Source: a bacterium
Lineage (GTDB): Bacteria; Zhuqueibacterota; Zhuqueibacteria; Residuimicrobiales; Krinioviventaceae
Length of the DNA: 64,000 nucleotides
NCBI GenBank assembly: GCA_963674595.2
Contig: CAXXFV010000023.1
Location: 640,001-704,000 of the forward strand
Direction: 5' to 3'
Below are positions 48,599 to 58,560 of this stretch, one piece after another. The notes under the pieces are model-generated. The model was not told the DNA's origin. It did no database searches and was given only the letters and a program-made list of their open reading frames with translations. The position numbers and the translations under genes were made by a program. Each line of letters begins with the position of its first letter. The stretch's first letter is position 1.

Positions 48599-49559
48599 GA
48601 AGCAACGTTTAGGTTCTGATCCGTTAAGCTGGATTGGGGATTCCAGGCCTGTTGAGGAACCAAAAGATAATACAAACAATAAAGAAAATAGTACGCAAGA
48701 GAAACCCAAAAAACAACGTGTTAAAAAGGCCAAAAAAGAGATAGCACCATCTACCTTAAAAGAAGATAAAGTGGTTCAGGAAGAAGAGCTGGAAACAAAA
48801 CCAGAACCTCAAGAAGAAGCAAAACCAGAGCTTTTAGAAGAGGCAATACCGGAACCTCAGGAAGAAAAAATTGAAACAGAGGCTGAAAAAGAAGAGGTCC
48901 TTGCTGACAATAGTGTTGAGATATCAAAAGATGAAATACCTCAACAAACGGAAGCTGAGGTAGATGAGCAGTTACAAGACAAACCAGAATTTTTAGAAAA
49001 ACCACAGAATAGTATTGAAAAAACGGTAACAGAACCGGTTAACACGGTAAAACCTAATGGGGCTGCTCAAGAAAATGAGACAGTGGTTAAAAAGAAGAGT
49101 ATTGATGTTTCACAAAATGTTCAAAAATATTTGGCTTTTAGTTTATCCGGTGAGGAATATGGCATCGAAATAAGCAAAGTGCAGGAGATAATAGGCGTTT
49201 TGGCTATTACCCGTGTTCCACGAACTCCCGAACATATTAGTGGCGTTATTAATTTAAGGGGAAAAATTGTCCCTGTTTTAGATATGCGCATCTTGTTTGG
49301 TATGGAGAAAAAAGAGACTACAGAAGAAACCTGTATTATTGTTGTTCATTCCGATGATGTTGAAATGGGAATAATCGTTGATCGTGTTTCTGAGGTTGTT
49401 AATATTTCTGCAAGTCAAATTGAAGAAGCCCCGGCTTTTGGATCTTCTCTTGATACGGATTTTATCCTTGGAATTGGTAAAGCTGAAGGATCTGTAAAAA
49501 TACTATTAGATATTGATAAAGTTTTGGTAATGCAAATAAGTAATGAAAGCAACATGTGA
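48591..49559 (+). CDS. cheW: CheW with ParB-like N-terminal peptide and long acidic linker (ParP-like)
   Basis: MAKKQRLGSDPLSWI; ~160-aa E/K/P-rich linker; then KYLAFSL..GVINLRGKIVPVLDMR..IIVDRVSEV; overlaps the parA stop. Confidence 0.88.
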   Translation: MAKKQRLGSDPLSWIGDSRPVEEPKDNTNNKENSTQEKPKKQRVKKAKKEIAPSTLKEDKVVQEEELETKPEPQEEAKPELLEEAIPEPQEEKIETEAEKEEVLADNSVEISKDEIPQQTEAEVDEQLQDKPEFLEKPQNSIEKTVTEPVNTVKPNGAAQENETVVKKKSIDVSQNVQKYLAFSLSGEEYGIEISKVQEIIGVLAITRVPRTPEHISGVINLRGKIVPVLDMRILFGMEKKETTEETCIIVVHSDDVEMGIIVDRVSEVVNISASQIEEAPAFGSSLDTDFILGIGKAEGSVKILLDIDKVLVMQISNESNM

Positions 49560-49679
49560 TTTTCATATTGATATGAGAATGAATATGGTTAAGTAACGTT
49601 GTGATGGTGCTGGTGTCGGAGTGAAAAGTCTACGTGTTTTTCATTGTTCGTTATGAATAATAAAAAACAGAGGCTAACA

Positions 49680-51638
49680 ATGCATTTATCTGTAACAAAA
49701 AAAATTGGACTTGTCGTGTTTATGGTTTTAACAGTTACATTATTTTCAATGGTGGTCATAAATCAATGGATTACTAAGAAATCAACATTTGATGTTGCTG
49801 AAAAAAATATACATGACTTGTCTACCTTGCTGACACAGTATTTAGTTTTTGCTATGAATCAGGGATTAGATGATGTTGAGCCGATAATTAACAGCGCCAA
49901 AAATATTCAACAAATTAAAGATGTCCGTGTTATGCCAACTGCTTTGGTTAATGAAGAAGCAGAAGCTTTAATGGATGAAATGGAACGTCAGGTATTAAAA
50001 GATTTAAAGCCCCTCTCACAGTTTGAAGAATTTAATGAAAAACCTGTTATTCGGTCTGTCGAACCCGTGTTGGCAGCAGAAAGCTGTGTGGAATGTCATG
50101 GTGGTAATGTAGGTGATGCCCTGGCAGTTATCAGTTTGCGAGCTTCACTGGAAAATGAATACATCGCAACGAGCCAACAAAAACGAGCCTGTTTTATAAT
50201 GGGATTAATTATTCTGGGTGTTACAGTATTTTTCGTCGTTTTAGTTGTTCGTAAAACTATTGTCAGCCATCTGTTGATTTTAGTAAAATCAATTCAAAAA
50301 ATTTCTAAAGGTGATTTAAATTTTTCCATTAATAGCCACTCTAACGATGAAATCGGCCAGGTGAGTACAGCCGTTAAGGATTTGCAGAAAAATATAAAAG
50401 AAAAGACGGCATTTGCCGATCAAATTGCACAGGGAGACCTTTCCGGCAAGTTAGATATTCTTTCGGAATATGACAGTCTCAGTAAGGCTATGATTAAAAT
50501 GCAAGGCAATATTCAAGCTATGCTGAGCGATGTCAAAGAACTCATTGATGCCGCTGTAGCCGGTCGATTGACTTTTCGTGCAAACAGTTCAAAACATTCC
50601 GGTGATTTTAAGAATATTGTGAATGGTTTTAATCAAACACTGGATTCTATTTTAACTCCTGTTAACGAGGCAAAAGACGTTTTGGAAAGGGTAGCAACAG
50701 GTGAGTTGTCCGTTCGGGTTAACAGTGATTATAAAGGTGACCATGCAACAATAAAAACAGCGCTAAACGCAGCGCTGGAAAATTTGGATGACAGTATATA
50801 TCAGGTTTCTAATACTTCTTTAGATGTTGCCAAAGCTTCTGATGAATTATTAAATAGCAGCCATACAATTGCTTCCGGTGCTTCCAGCCAGGCAAGCGCT
50901 TTGGAAGAAATTTCAGGAAACCTTCAGGAACTCGCTTCTGTTATAAAAAATAATAACCTGTCAGCAAAAAATATTAATAATTATACAAATGAAACTAATG
51001 AGCACGTTGAAGCGAGTGTTGATTATATGAATCAGTTCTCTGATACGATTCTGAGAATAAAAAATTCATCCGATAAAGTTGCCAAAATTGTGCACACTAT
51101 TGACGAAATAGCTTTTCAAACTAATTTGCTTGCTCTTAATGCCGCAGTTGAGGCCGCAAGGGCAGGCGAAGCCGGAAAAGGTTTTGCTGTTGTTGCCGAA
51201 GAAGTACGGAACCTGGCTATGAAAAGCGCTGAAGCTGCCAAAGATACAGCCGTTATGATTAAAGAAGCGGTTGAAAATGCCGACAATGGAGTTGAATTGA
51301 ATGTTAAAGTAACTGAAAAGCTTAATATGGCTTCTCAACAAGTTGGCAAAATTAAAGAAATGATGAATGAAATTTCAACCACTTCTGAACAACAGCATAC
51401 CGGTATAGAGCAAATCACTCAAGCTGTCGATGAGGTTAACCATATTGTGCAACAGAATGCTGTTAATGCTGATGATTCAAATCGTATTGCCGAGGGCTTG
51501 AGCAATCAGGCAGATAAAATGCAGACCCTGGTTTCAAAATTTCAGATAACTAATCAGGGCCGAAAAGATAAAGATTTTAAAAAAAAGATAGATAGTAATA
51601 TGCAACTGAATAGAAAAATTGCTGTAAATAGCAATTGA
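49680..51638 (+). CDS. MCP with periplasmic c-type heme-binding motif (CxxCH)
   Basis: ESCVECHG between two TMs (50085-50099); MCP tip; start ATG 49680 after GAGG. Confidence 0.92.
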   Translation: MHLSVTKKIGLVVFMVLTVTLFSMVVINQWITKKSTFDVAEKNIHDLSTLLTQYLVFAMNQGLDDVEPIINSAKNIQQIKDVRVMPTALVNEEAEALMDEMERQVLKDLKPLSQFEEFNEKPVIRSVEPVLAAESCVECHGGNVGDALAVISLRASLENEYIATSQQKRACFIMGLIILGVTVFFVVLVVRKTIVSHLLILVKSIQKISKGDLNFSINSHSNDEIGQVSTAVKDLQKNIKEKTAFADQIAQGDLSGKLDILSEYDSLSKAMIKMQGNIQAMLSDVKELIDAAVAGRLTFRANSSKHSGDFKNIVNGFNQTLDSILTPVNEAKDVLERVATGELSVRVNSDYKGDHATIKTALNAALENLDDSIYQVSNTSLDVAKASDELLNSSHTIASGASSQASALEEISGNLQELASVIKNNNLSAKNINNYTNETNEHVEASVDYMNQFSDTILRIKNSSDKVAKIVHTIDEIAFQTNLLALNAAVEAARAGEAGKGFAVVAEEVRNLAMKSAEAAKDTAVMIKEAVENADNGVELNVKVTEKLNMASQQVGKIKEMMNEISTTSEQQHTGIEQITQAVDEVNHIVQQNAVNADDSNRIAEGLSNQADKMQTLVSKFQITNQGRKDKDFKKKIDSNMQLNRKIAVNSN

Positions 51639-51667
51639 TATTAACCTTTAAATGATAGGAAAATGAT

Positions 51668-52492
51668 ATGGCCGTAGATCTCATGTCTGTAGAATTGAGC
51701 AATGAGCAGTTTTCAAAAATTAGCCGTGTCGTGAACGATATTTGCGGTATACAACTGCCACCAGGTAAAGAAGGGCTCGTAAAATCCCGCTTGATGAAGC
51801 GTTTAAGAGTATTAGGGCTTGGAAGTTTTGAAGAATATGTAGAGTTTGTCGAAAATGATGAAACGAGACAGGAACTGTCTCATATGATTGATATGTTGAC
51901 GACAAATAAAACAAATTTTTTTAGAGAAATACAACATTTTAACTTTTTATCGAAAAATATTTTACCAAATATAATATCCAAAAAAAAGTTAAGATTTTGG
52001 AGCGCCGGTTGTTCTTCAGGTGAAGAGCCTTATTCGTTAGCAATTCAGCTTAGAGAAGATATTCCTCAAATTGATCGTATGGATATCAAGATATTAGCCA
52101 CAGATATTTCCAATCGAGTGCTTGAAAAAGCCGGAAATGGTATGTATGATGCTGATTTATTGAGTGACATACCACAAAAAATGTTGACAAAATATTTTAC
52201 TCGTGTTTCAAATTCATCACCACCCGCTTTTCAGGCACAGGATTCTTTAAAGTCATTAATTCAATTTGCGCGTTTAAATTTATTATCTGATTGGCCGATG
52301 CAGGGCCCTTTTGATGTTATTTTCTGTAGAAATGTTATGATTTATTTTAATCAACCAACGCGTCAGAATTTAATTAATCGCTTTTGGGAATTATTGGCAC
52401 CGGGAGGGTTTTTATTTATCGGACATTCTGAAAGTTTAACAAATTCATCGCATAATTATCGATACATTCAGCCTGCGATATATCAAAAATGA
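51668..52492 (+). CDS. cheR: Chemotaxis methyltransferase CheR
   Basis: TTNKTNFFRE..HF, WSAGCSSGEEPYS, ATDIS, FCRNVMIYF, GHSES. Confidence 0.97.
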   Translation: MAVDLMSVELSNEQFSKISRVVNDICGIQLPPGKEGLVKSRLMKRLRVLGLGSFEEYVEFVENDETRQELSHMIDMLTTNKTNFFREIQHFNFLSKNILPNIISKKKLRFWSAGCSSGEEPYSLAIQLREDIPQIDRMDIKILATDISNRVLEKAGNGMYDADLLSDIPQKMLTKYFTRVSNSSPPAFQAQDSLKSLIQFARLNLLSDWPMQGPFDVIFCRNVMIYFNQPTRQNLINRFWELLAPGGFLFIGHSESLTNSSHNYRYIQPAIYQK

Positions 52493-52509
52493 TTTAAAAG
52501 GAGAAACGC

Positions 52510-52989
52510 GTGAAGATAGTTGTAGGCGTAGCTGACATGGCTGTATCCAAAAATCCGAATGATGAAATTATTACCTATGCGCTTGGAAGCTGTCTTGGAA
52601 TAACTGTTTATGATCCGGTTGTCCAGGTTGGGGGAATGATACATATAATGCTTCCCATGTCGTCTATAGACGCAGAAAAAGCGAAAAATAAACCCTATAT
52701 GTTTGTTGATACCGGTGTTCCAATACTTTTTACTGAATGTTATAAAGCTGGTGCTGTTAAAAGTCGTTTAATTGTCAAAGTTGCTGGAGGAGCTCGATTT
52801 AAAACTGAAGGACAGGATTATTTTAATATCGGGCAACGAAATTTTACAATTTTAAGAAAGCTGTTATGGAAAAACGGTATATTACTTAAGAAATATGATG
52901 TTGGAGGAAGTATTTCCCGAACACTTTCAATGGATATAAAGACCGGTACTGTTTTAATTAAATCAAATGGTACTGTAAGAGAATTATAA
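52510..52989 (+). CDS. cheD: Chemoreceptor glutamine deamidase CheD
   Basis: TYALGSCLG, GGMIHIMLP, KVAGGA, IGQRN, DVGG. Confidence 0.95.
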   Translation: MKIVVGVADMAVSKNPNDEIITYALGSCLGITVYDPVVQVGGMIHIMLPMSSIDAEKAKNKPYMFVDTGVPILFTECYKAGAVKSRLIVKVAGGARFKTEGQDYFNIGQRNFTILRKLLWKNGILLKKYDVGGSISRTLSMDIKTGTVLIKSNGTVREL

Positions 52990-53015
52990 AAATTTAAATA
53001 TATGGAGGAGAGAAA

Positions 53016-53387
53016 ATGGCTCTTGACTTCCTGATTGTTGATGATAGTGCAGTTATGAGGGGAATGATTAAAAAGACCCTCAATTTGAGCGGATTACCAA
53101 TCGGAAAAATATACGAGGCTGGAAATGGTTTAGAAGGCCTGAAAGTTTTGAGTGAAAATTGGGTTGACCTGGCGCTTGTTGATATCAATATGCCGGAAAT
53201 GAATGGCGAGGAAATGATTGAAAGAATAAAGGCAAATCCGGACACTGAAGATTTGGCTATTATTGTTGTCTCAACCGAAAGTAGTGAAACCCGTATTGAA
53301 TTGCTTCAAAAGAAAGGGGCTGGTTTTGTGCATAAACCGTTTACCCCGGAAATTTTAAGAGAAGCTGTTTTAAATCGAATTGAATAG
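53016..53387 (+). CDS. cheY: CheY-like response regulator
   Basis: IVDDS, VDINMPEMNG, STE, KPFTPE. Confidence 0.85.
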   Translation: MALDFLIVDDSAVMRGMIKKTLNLSGLPIGKIYEAGNGLEGLKVLSENWVDLALVDINMPEMNGEEMIERIKANPDTEDLAIIVVSTESSETRIELLQKKGAGFVHKPFTPEILREAVLNRIE

Positions 53388-53396
53388 GAGTAAATA

Positions 53397-53867
53397 ATGG
53401 ATAAAAATTTGGAAAATGAATTGGTCTCTGTTGCAAATATGACCTTTGAAGAATTGTGTTTTCTTTTTCCTATGCCGGAAGAAGAACTGGACATGCCTCC
53501 CGCTCCTTTCGACACATTTTCTCTGGTGCAATTCAAAGGTCCTTTTAATGGTGCTCTGCAATTAGGTGTCGCCTCAGAGCTTTTACCAATTTTAGCGGAA
53601 AATATTTTAGGCGAAGAAGATATTCAGGACCAGCAAAAACAAGATGCATTAGGAGAGGTTACCAATGTGATTTGTGGTAATTTACTACCCAAAATCGCCG
53701 GGAAAAAACCTGTATTTTATCTTGAGACCCCTAAGATAAGCAATACTCAAACAGATAAAAAGGATATATGCTGTGATTTGGTTGCTGATGTGGTATTGAC
53801 TTTTATGGAAGGTAGAGCAGGAATTAAACTATATTTAAAAGATTATAAAGATCACCTAGTTATTTAA
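53397..53867 (+). CDS. cheX: CheX-family phosphatase
   Basis: FKGPFNG, DALGEVTNVICG (ExxN). Confidence 0.85.
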   Translation: MDKNLENELVSVANMTFEELCFLFPMPEEELDMPPAPFDTFSLVQFKGPFNGALQLGVASELLPILAENILGEEDIQDQQKQDALGEVTNVICGNLLPKIAGKKPVFYLETPKISNTQTDKKDICCDLVADVVLTFMEGRAGIKLYLKDYKDHLVI

Positions 53868-53900
53868 TACAGTAATAATGATTAAAGGCAGTAAAACGTT

Positions 53901-54944
53901 ATGATTAATGTACTAATTGTTGATGACTCGGCAGTCGTGCGTAAAGTACTATCCGAACAACTTGAAAAGAATGAGGATATAAAAGTTGTTGGAAGTGCTA
54001 TAGATCCCTATGTTGCCAGAGAAAAAATATTAACATTACAACCCGATGTTATTACCCTGGATCTTGAAATGCCACGTATGAATGGCCTGGTTTTTTTAGA
54101 TAAACTGATGAAATATTATCCTATCCCTGTCATTGTTGTCAGTTCTTTGACGCCAAAAAACAGTGAAGCTGCAATAAAAGCACTCGAATTAGGTGCCGTG
54201 GAAGTTATATGTAAACCCGGTTCTACTTTTTCAACACCAGACGCGCAACAACTTGTGCGTGCTGTTCGTGCAGCAGCCGCTTCAAATATAAGAAAAAGAA
54301 TTCGGACACAGCCCTCAGAACCTACAAATCCAATAACTGTCGATTTTAATTTAAAAACAACACACAAGGTTATTGCTATTGGAGCTTCGACAGGTGGTAC
54401 ACAAGCGATTGAAGCAGTTTTAAAGGGTTTTCCCAGTGCAACCCCTGGAACTGTTATTGTTCAACATATGCCGGAAAATTTTACAAAAGCCTTTGCGAAT
54501 CGTTTAAATACAATATGTCATATGGAAGTTCGGGAAGCAAAAGATAATGATAGTGTTGTGCCTGGTGTTGCTCTTATCGCGCCTGGTAACCATCATCTTT
54601 TATTACATCGAAGCGGTGCCCGTTATCATGTCCGCTTAAAGGACGGCCCGCCTGTCCATCATCAACGTCCTGCAGTGGATGTTTTGTTTCATTCTGTAGC
54701 ACATCATGTCGGACAAAATGCTATTGGTGTTTTACTTACCGGAATGGGCGCAGACGGCGCAAAGGGGTTGTTGGCAATGCATGATAGCGGTTCTTTTACA
54801 ATCGCTCAGGATGAAAAGACAAGTATTGTTTTTGGTATGCCGAAAGAGGCAATTAACCTTGGTGCCGCAGATAAAATTTTACCATTGGATAGAATATCGG
54901 CCGAGGTATTAAATTGGGTCCAGGCTGAAGAGAAACCAAGATAA
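53901..54944 (+). CDS. cheB: Chemotaxis methylesterase CheB
   Basis: Receiver plus GASTGG, VQHMP, RPAVDVLF, LTGMGADGA, VFGMP. Confidence 0.97.
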   Translation: MINVLIVDDSAVVRKVLSEQLEKNEDIKVVGSAIDPYVAREKILTLQPDVITLDLEMPRMNGLVFLDKLMKYYPIPVIVVSSLTPKNSEAAIKALELGAVEVICKPGSTFSTPDAQQLVRAVRAAAASNIRKRIRTQPSEPTNPITVDFNLKTTHKVIAIGASTGGTQAIEAVLKGFPSATPGTVIVQHMPENFTKAFANRLNTICHMEVREAKDNDSVVPGVALIAPGNHHLLLHRSGARYHVRLKDGPPVHHQRPAVDVLFHSVAHHVGQNAIGVLLTGMGADGAKGLLAMHDSGSFTIAQDEKTSIVFGMPKEAINLGAADKILPLDRISAEVLNWVQAEEKPR

Positions 54945-55007
54945 TGTATCTATTATAAGGCCTGGTTTATTGATTTTAACTGGAAGAAGAATGATGGATG
55001 AGATAAC

Positions 55008-57359
55008 GTGGTGAGGTGTGACGTGTGGGAAAAACAGAAAAATAGTGCAGAGATAACAGATCATGTAAAAAATATTTTTTCAGATTCAAGTTTTAGTAAA
55101 CAAGCTCTAAAAAATAAACTGGAAAAACAAACACCGCAAATACCAAATTATACTCCTTTACGCTTTATAATAACGTTTAACGGTTATTTGGTTGATTGTA
55201 GTGATAGTTTCCTGGATTTTATTTCTCTTCCCCGAAAAAACATTATAGGATTTCACATTAATGAGTTTTGCTCTTTCAAGTCAAATCTTCAATTTCTCGA
55301 TAATTTGAATGAAACCCTTACAGAACATAATTCTCATTCATTTCAATATCTTACTCATAAAAACAACAAGGTTGTTTTTTATAAAGTCGTCCCTAAATTC
55401 GATCAATATACCCACAATAAATACTTTATTTTTGAATCATGTAAAGCTCCTTCGATAATAACTGATTTTAGTGATATACCCAAATCGGAATCGGATTTTA
55501 TTGCTGATTTATTGTTGGAAATGTTTAAAGATTTAAACGAGGGTGTGTTTGTCTGTTTGCAGGATAAAGTTATTTATTGGAATCCAAAATTGCTTGAAAT
55601 TCTAGATTTTCCAATGGATTCGGAAGATATAAATAAAATTGATATGCAAAACACAATAATGGAACTTTTTGATATCGATTTTATTAATCAGGCTACTGAT
55701 GAAATGCAAACAAAAACAATTAAAACTCTTCATGGCCGGGAAAAGTATATTGAAATAAAAATCAGGAATAAAGGGTACTTGAATAAAAATGTAAAAATTG
55801 TTTTATTAACAGACAAATCCGAGCAGTATCGTTTTAAAAAAGAGCTGTTAAGGTTCAGTGCTATTACTGAACAAGCTGTTGAAGCAATAATGGTTACAAA
55901 TCCTGCGGGTAAAATTCAATATGTCAATCCTGCCTTTGAAAAGTTGTTTGGTTATTCAAAAAAAGAAATTCTGGAGAAAACACCTGAATTTTTGTATAAC
56001 GGGAATGATGACAGGTTTGATTATGATAAAGTCATGCAAATTGTACGGTCCGGTAAAATCTGGAAGGGAAGACTGTTAAACAAAAACAAGTCCGGTGATG
56101 TAATGGAAGCAGAAGCGACCTTTTCTCCGGTTATTGATCAAAATGGAAATATTATCAATTTTATTACAGTGGAAAAGGATATAACCGAACTTCGACGGTT
56201 GGAAAAACAGTTGCAGCAATCTCAAAAATTGGAAGCAATCGGTACATTAGCCGGCGGCATTGCCCATGATTTTAATAATATTTTAACGGCAATAATCGGA
56301 TTTACGGAACTGGTTATTAGGGATGAATCTTGTAGTAAGGGCATTCAAAAAAAATTAAATCGTGTTTTACAAGCCGGTCTCCGTGCAAAGGATTTGGCTA
56401 AACAGATTTTGGCATTTAACCGTCAAACTGAACAGGATAAAAAGAATATTCAGGTTGGCTTAATTATAAAAGAAGCTTTAAAATTGTTAAGAGCTTCTTT
56501 GCCAACGACTATAGAAATACGCCAGGACATTAAGGCAATTTCAGGAATTATTTTTGCAAACCCTACGCAAATTCATCAAATACTTATGAACTTGTGCACC
56601 AATGCTTCTCATGCTATGCGGGAAAGGGGAGGTGTCCTTGAAGTTATTTTGGATTTTGTAACAATTGATCAGGAAAATTCAAGTCATTATCCTGATCTTA
56701 ATCAGGGTCCATATTTAAGATTAATTGTACGGGACACAGGTTACGGAATGGATGAAAAAACCTTACGGCGTATTTTTGAACCTTACTTTACAACCAAAAA
56801 AATCGGTGAGGGCACCGGAATGGGTTTAGCTGTTGTGCATGGAATTGTTCAGGCACATAACGGTGCAATATATGTAGATAGTAATGTTGGTTTGGGAACG
56901 ACGTTCGAAGTACTTTTCCCGCGAGTTGATTCTAATGCAACAAAAGAAAATAATACTGATCAGAGTTTGATTGGCGGTAATGAACGAATTTTATTTGTCG
57001 ACGATGAAGAGGCTTTGGTTGAAGTAACACAGCATATTCTTCAGGAACTGGGTTACAGTGTTTGTGCAAAGACAAGCAGTCTTGATGCTTTGGATGAATT
57101 CACTGAAAATGCCGGTAAATATGATCTTGTAATCAGCGATCAAACCATGCCGGGTATTACGGGGGCTGAACTGGCGGATGAAATGTTTTCTATCAAACCT
57201 GATATTCCGTTTATTCTATGTACCGGATTTAGTGATGTAATAACTGAGGACAAGGCCATTGAACTGGGTATTAAAAGGTTTTTAATAAAACCGGTCCCCA
57301 TGCACGATTTTGCTATCACTATTCGCCAGGTTCTTGATGAGGTGAAAGAAAAAGTTTGA
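55008..57359 (+). CDS. Cytoplasmic PAS-domain hybrid histidine kinase/receiver
   Basis: PAS (YVNPAF..GYSK.E), GTLAGGIAHDFNNIL, NASHAM, DTGYG, GTGMGL, receiver VDDE/SDQTMP/KP; start uncertain. Confidence 0.92.
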   Translation: MVRCDVWEKQKNSAEITDHVKNIFSDSSFSKQALKNKLEKQTPQIPNYTPLRFIITFNGYLVDCSDSFLDFISLPRKNIIGFHINEFCSFKSNLQFLDNLNETLTEHNSHSFQYLTHKNNKVVFYKVVPKFDQYTHNKYFIFESCKAPSIITDFSDIPKSESDFIADLLLEMFKDLNEGVFVCLQDKVIYWNPKLLEILDFPMDSEDINKIDMQNTIMELFDIDFINQATDEMQTKTIKTLHGREKYIEIKIRNKGYLNKNVKIVLLTDKSEQYRFKKELLRFSAITEQAVEAIMVTNPAGKIQYVNPAFEKLFGYSKKEILEKTPEFLYNGNDDRFDYDKVMQIVRSGKIWKGRLLNKNKSGDVMEAEATFSPVIDQNGNIINFITVEKDITELRRLEKQLQQSQKLEAIGTLAGGIAHDFNNILTAIIGFTELVIRDESCSKGIQKKLNRVLQAGLRAKDLAKQILAFNRQTEQDKKNIQVGLIIKEALKLLRASLPTTIEIRQDIKAISGIIFANPTQIHQILMNLCTNASHAMRERGGVLEVILDFVTIDQENSSHYPDLNQGPYLRLIVRDTGYGMDEKTLRRIFEPYFTTKKIGEGTGMGLAVVHGIVQAHNGAIYVDSNVGLGTTFEVLFPRVDSNATKENNTDQSLIGGNERILFVDDEEALVEVTQHILQELGYSVCAKTSSLDALDEFTENAGKYDLVISDQTMPGITGAELADEMFSIKPDIPFILCTGFSDVITEDKAIELGIKRFLIKPVPMHDFAITIRQVLDEVKEKV

Positions 57360-57367
57360 AATTTTAG

Positions 57368-57395
57368 AGGAACGGTTCTGCCGTTCCTTTTTTTT
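57368..57395 (+). terminator. Rho-independent terminator ending the chemotaxis block
   Basis: AGGAACGG-TTCTG-CCGTTCCT followed by T7. Confidence 0.88.
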
Positions 57396-57652
57396 ATCCC
57401 TTTATCCATCGTCATTCTGTAAAAATCTTTCCGATACAAAAAAACAATCCTTTTTAAATTTAGTGTACGAGAGATCTCTAATATATTTTCGCGGGGATGA
57501 CATTCTTGGATGATTATAAGAATTAGTTGAATGATGAATCTGTTTTGATAGTCGTTTTTATTTCAGAAATTCTCGCTATTCTAAAAATAAATTATCTTCA
57601 TTTACACCTTATAATTAAACCAATAATTTAATATTGAATATTTTTTCTGCCA

Positions 57653-57688
57653 GGGGAATATCTTTCCTTCTATGGGTAATTTTTTCCT
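57653..57688. promoter_or_regulatory. Candidate enhancer (UAS): tandem GGAA-N5-TTCC / GGTA-N5-TTCC
   Basis: GGGGAATATCTTTCCT-TCTA-TGGGTAATTTTTTCCT; mirrors 10631-10666. Confidence 0.6.
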
Positions 57689-57763
57689 TTTTCATAATCA
57701 GGTATTATTTATAGGAATTGAGATAACTATTTGTTTTTTAGTTTCTTTTGTTTTTATAAAAAC

Positions 57764-57779
57764 TGGCATGTCTTTTGAA
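57764..57779 (+). promoter_or_regulatory. Sigma-54 promoter of the flgF operon (GA at -12)
   Basis: TGGCAT-GTCTT-TTGA; IHF-like TAACTATTTGTTT at 57724-57736. Confidence 0.7.
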
Positions 57780-57815
57780 TATGTTTTTTATGAATAATTT
57801 TCTTTGGAGGAAATT

Positions 57816-58517
57816 TTGTTACAAGGTATTCAATACAGTCAAAACGGATTAGAAAATAAAAAATACGCTATCGACGTTATTGCCAATAATTTGGCAAATG
57901 CCAGTAGTGCCGGTTTTAAAAAGAGTATTGTTTTCAGCGAATCGTTAAAAAATGCAGACAGTAATCCCAAAGCTAATTCACAACCTCTTGAAGTTGTGGA
58001 CACGAGTCAGGGTGCTTTAAGAGCAACCGGTAATCCGTTGGACCTGGCTATCGAAGGCGAAGGTTTTTTTGTCATCGATACGGAGCAGGGAACCAGGTTG
58101 ACTCGACAGGGTCATTTTCAGCTTGATACTGAAGGATTTCTTGTTACGGCAAATGGTGATTATGTGATGAGTGACGGCGGTCCTGTTAGTGCGCAACAAG
58201 AGATTCAATTTACTGCCCAGGGCGGAATTATAGCCGATGGCGAACCGGCTGGGTCGCTTATGATTTACCAGGTTACGGATTCTTCAAAGTTACAACGTTC
58301 CGGTGATGGTTATTTTTCAGCAGACGAAAGGTATTTAGCAGAATTGGACAATACACCGAATGTTCGTTCCGGTTTTTTGGAATCATCCAATGTAAATCCG
58401 TTGGAAGAAATGGTAAACCTGATTGAAATTTATCGTCAGTTTGAGGCTAATCAGCGTGCGCTCCGTACTCAGGATGAGACCCTGGACAAGGCTGTAAACG
58501 ATGTTGGCCGAGTTTAA
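57816..58517 (+). CDS. flgF: Flagellar rod protein FlgF
   Basis: GGAGG + TTG 57816; ANNLANASSAGFKK, TGNPLDLAIEGEGFF, LESSNVN; precedes flgG. Confidence 0.9.
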   Translation: MLQGIQYSQNGLENKKYAIDVIANNLANASSAGFKKSIVFSESLKNADSNPKANSQPLEVVDTSQGALRATGNPLDLAIEGEGFFVIDTEQGTRLTRQGHFQLDTEGFLVTANGDYVMSDGGPVSAQQEIQFTAQGGIIADGEPAGSLMIYQVTDSSKLQRSGDGYFSADERYLAELDNTPNVRSGFLESSNVNPLEEMVNLIEIYRQFEANQRALRTQDETLDKAVNDVGRV

Positions 58518-58560
58518 GTTAGAATAGAATTTTTTATATAGTTTTATTGGAGATATATTT

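Noticed and set aside
44030-51240. Near-identical DNA segments at ~44.0-44.2, ~47.1-47.3 and ~51.1-51.2 kb
   Set aside because: They encode the conserved MCP signalling tip in three paralogues; not mobile or CRISPR repeats.
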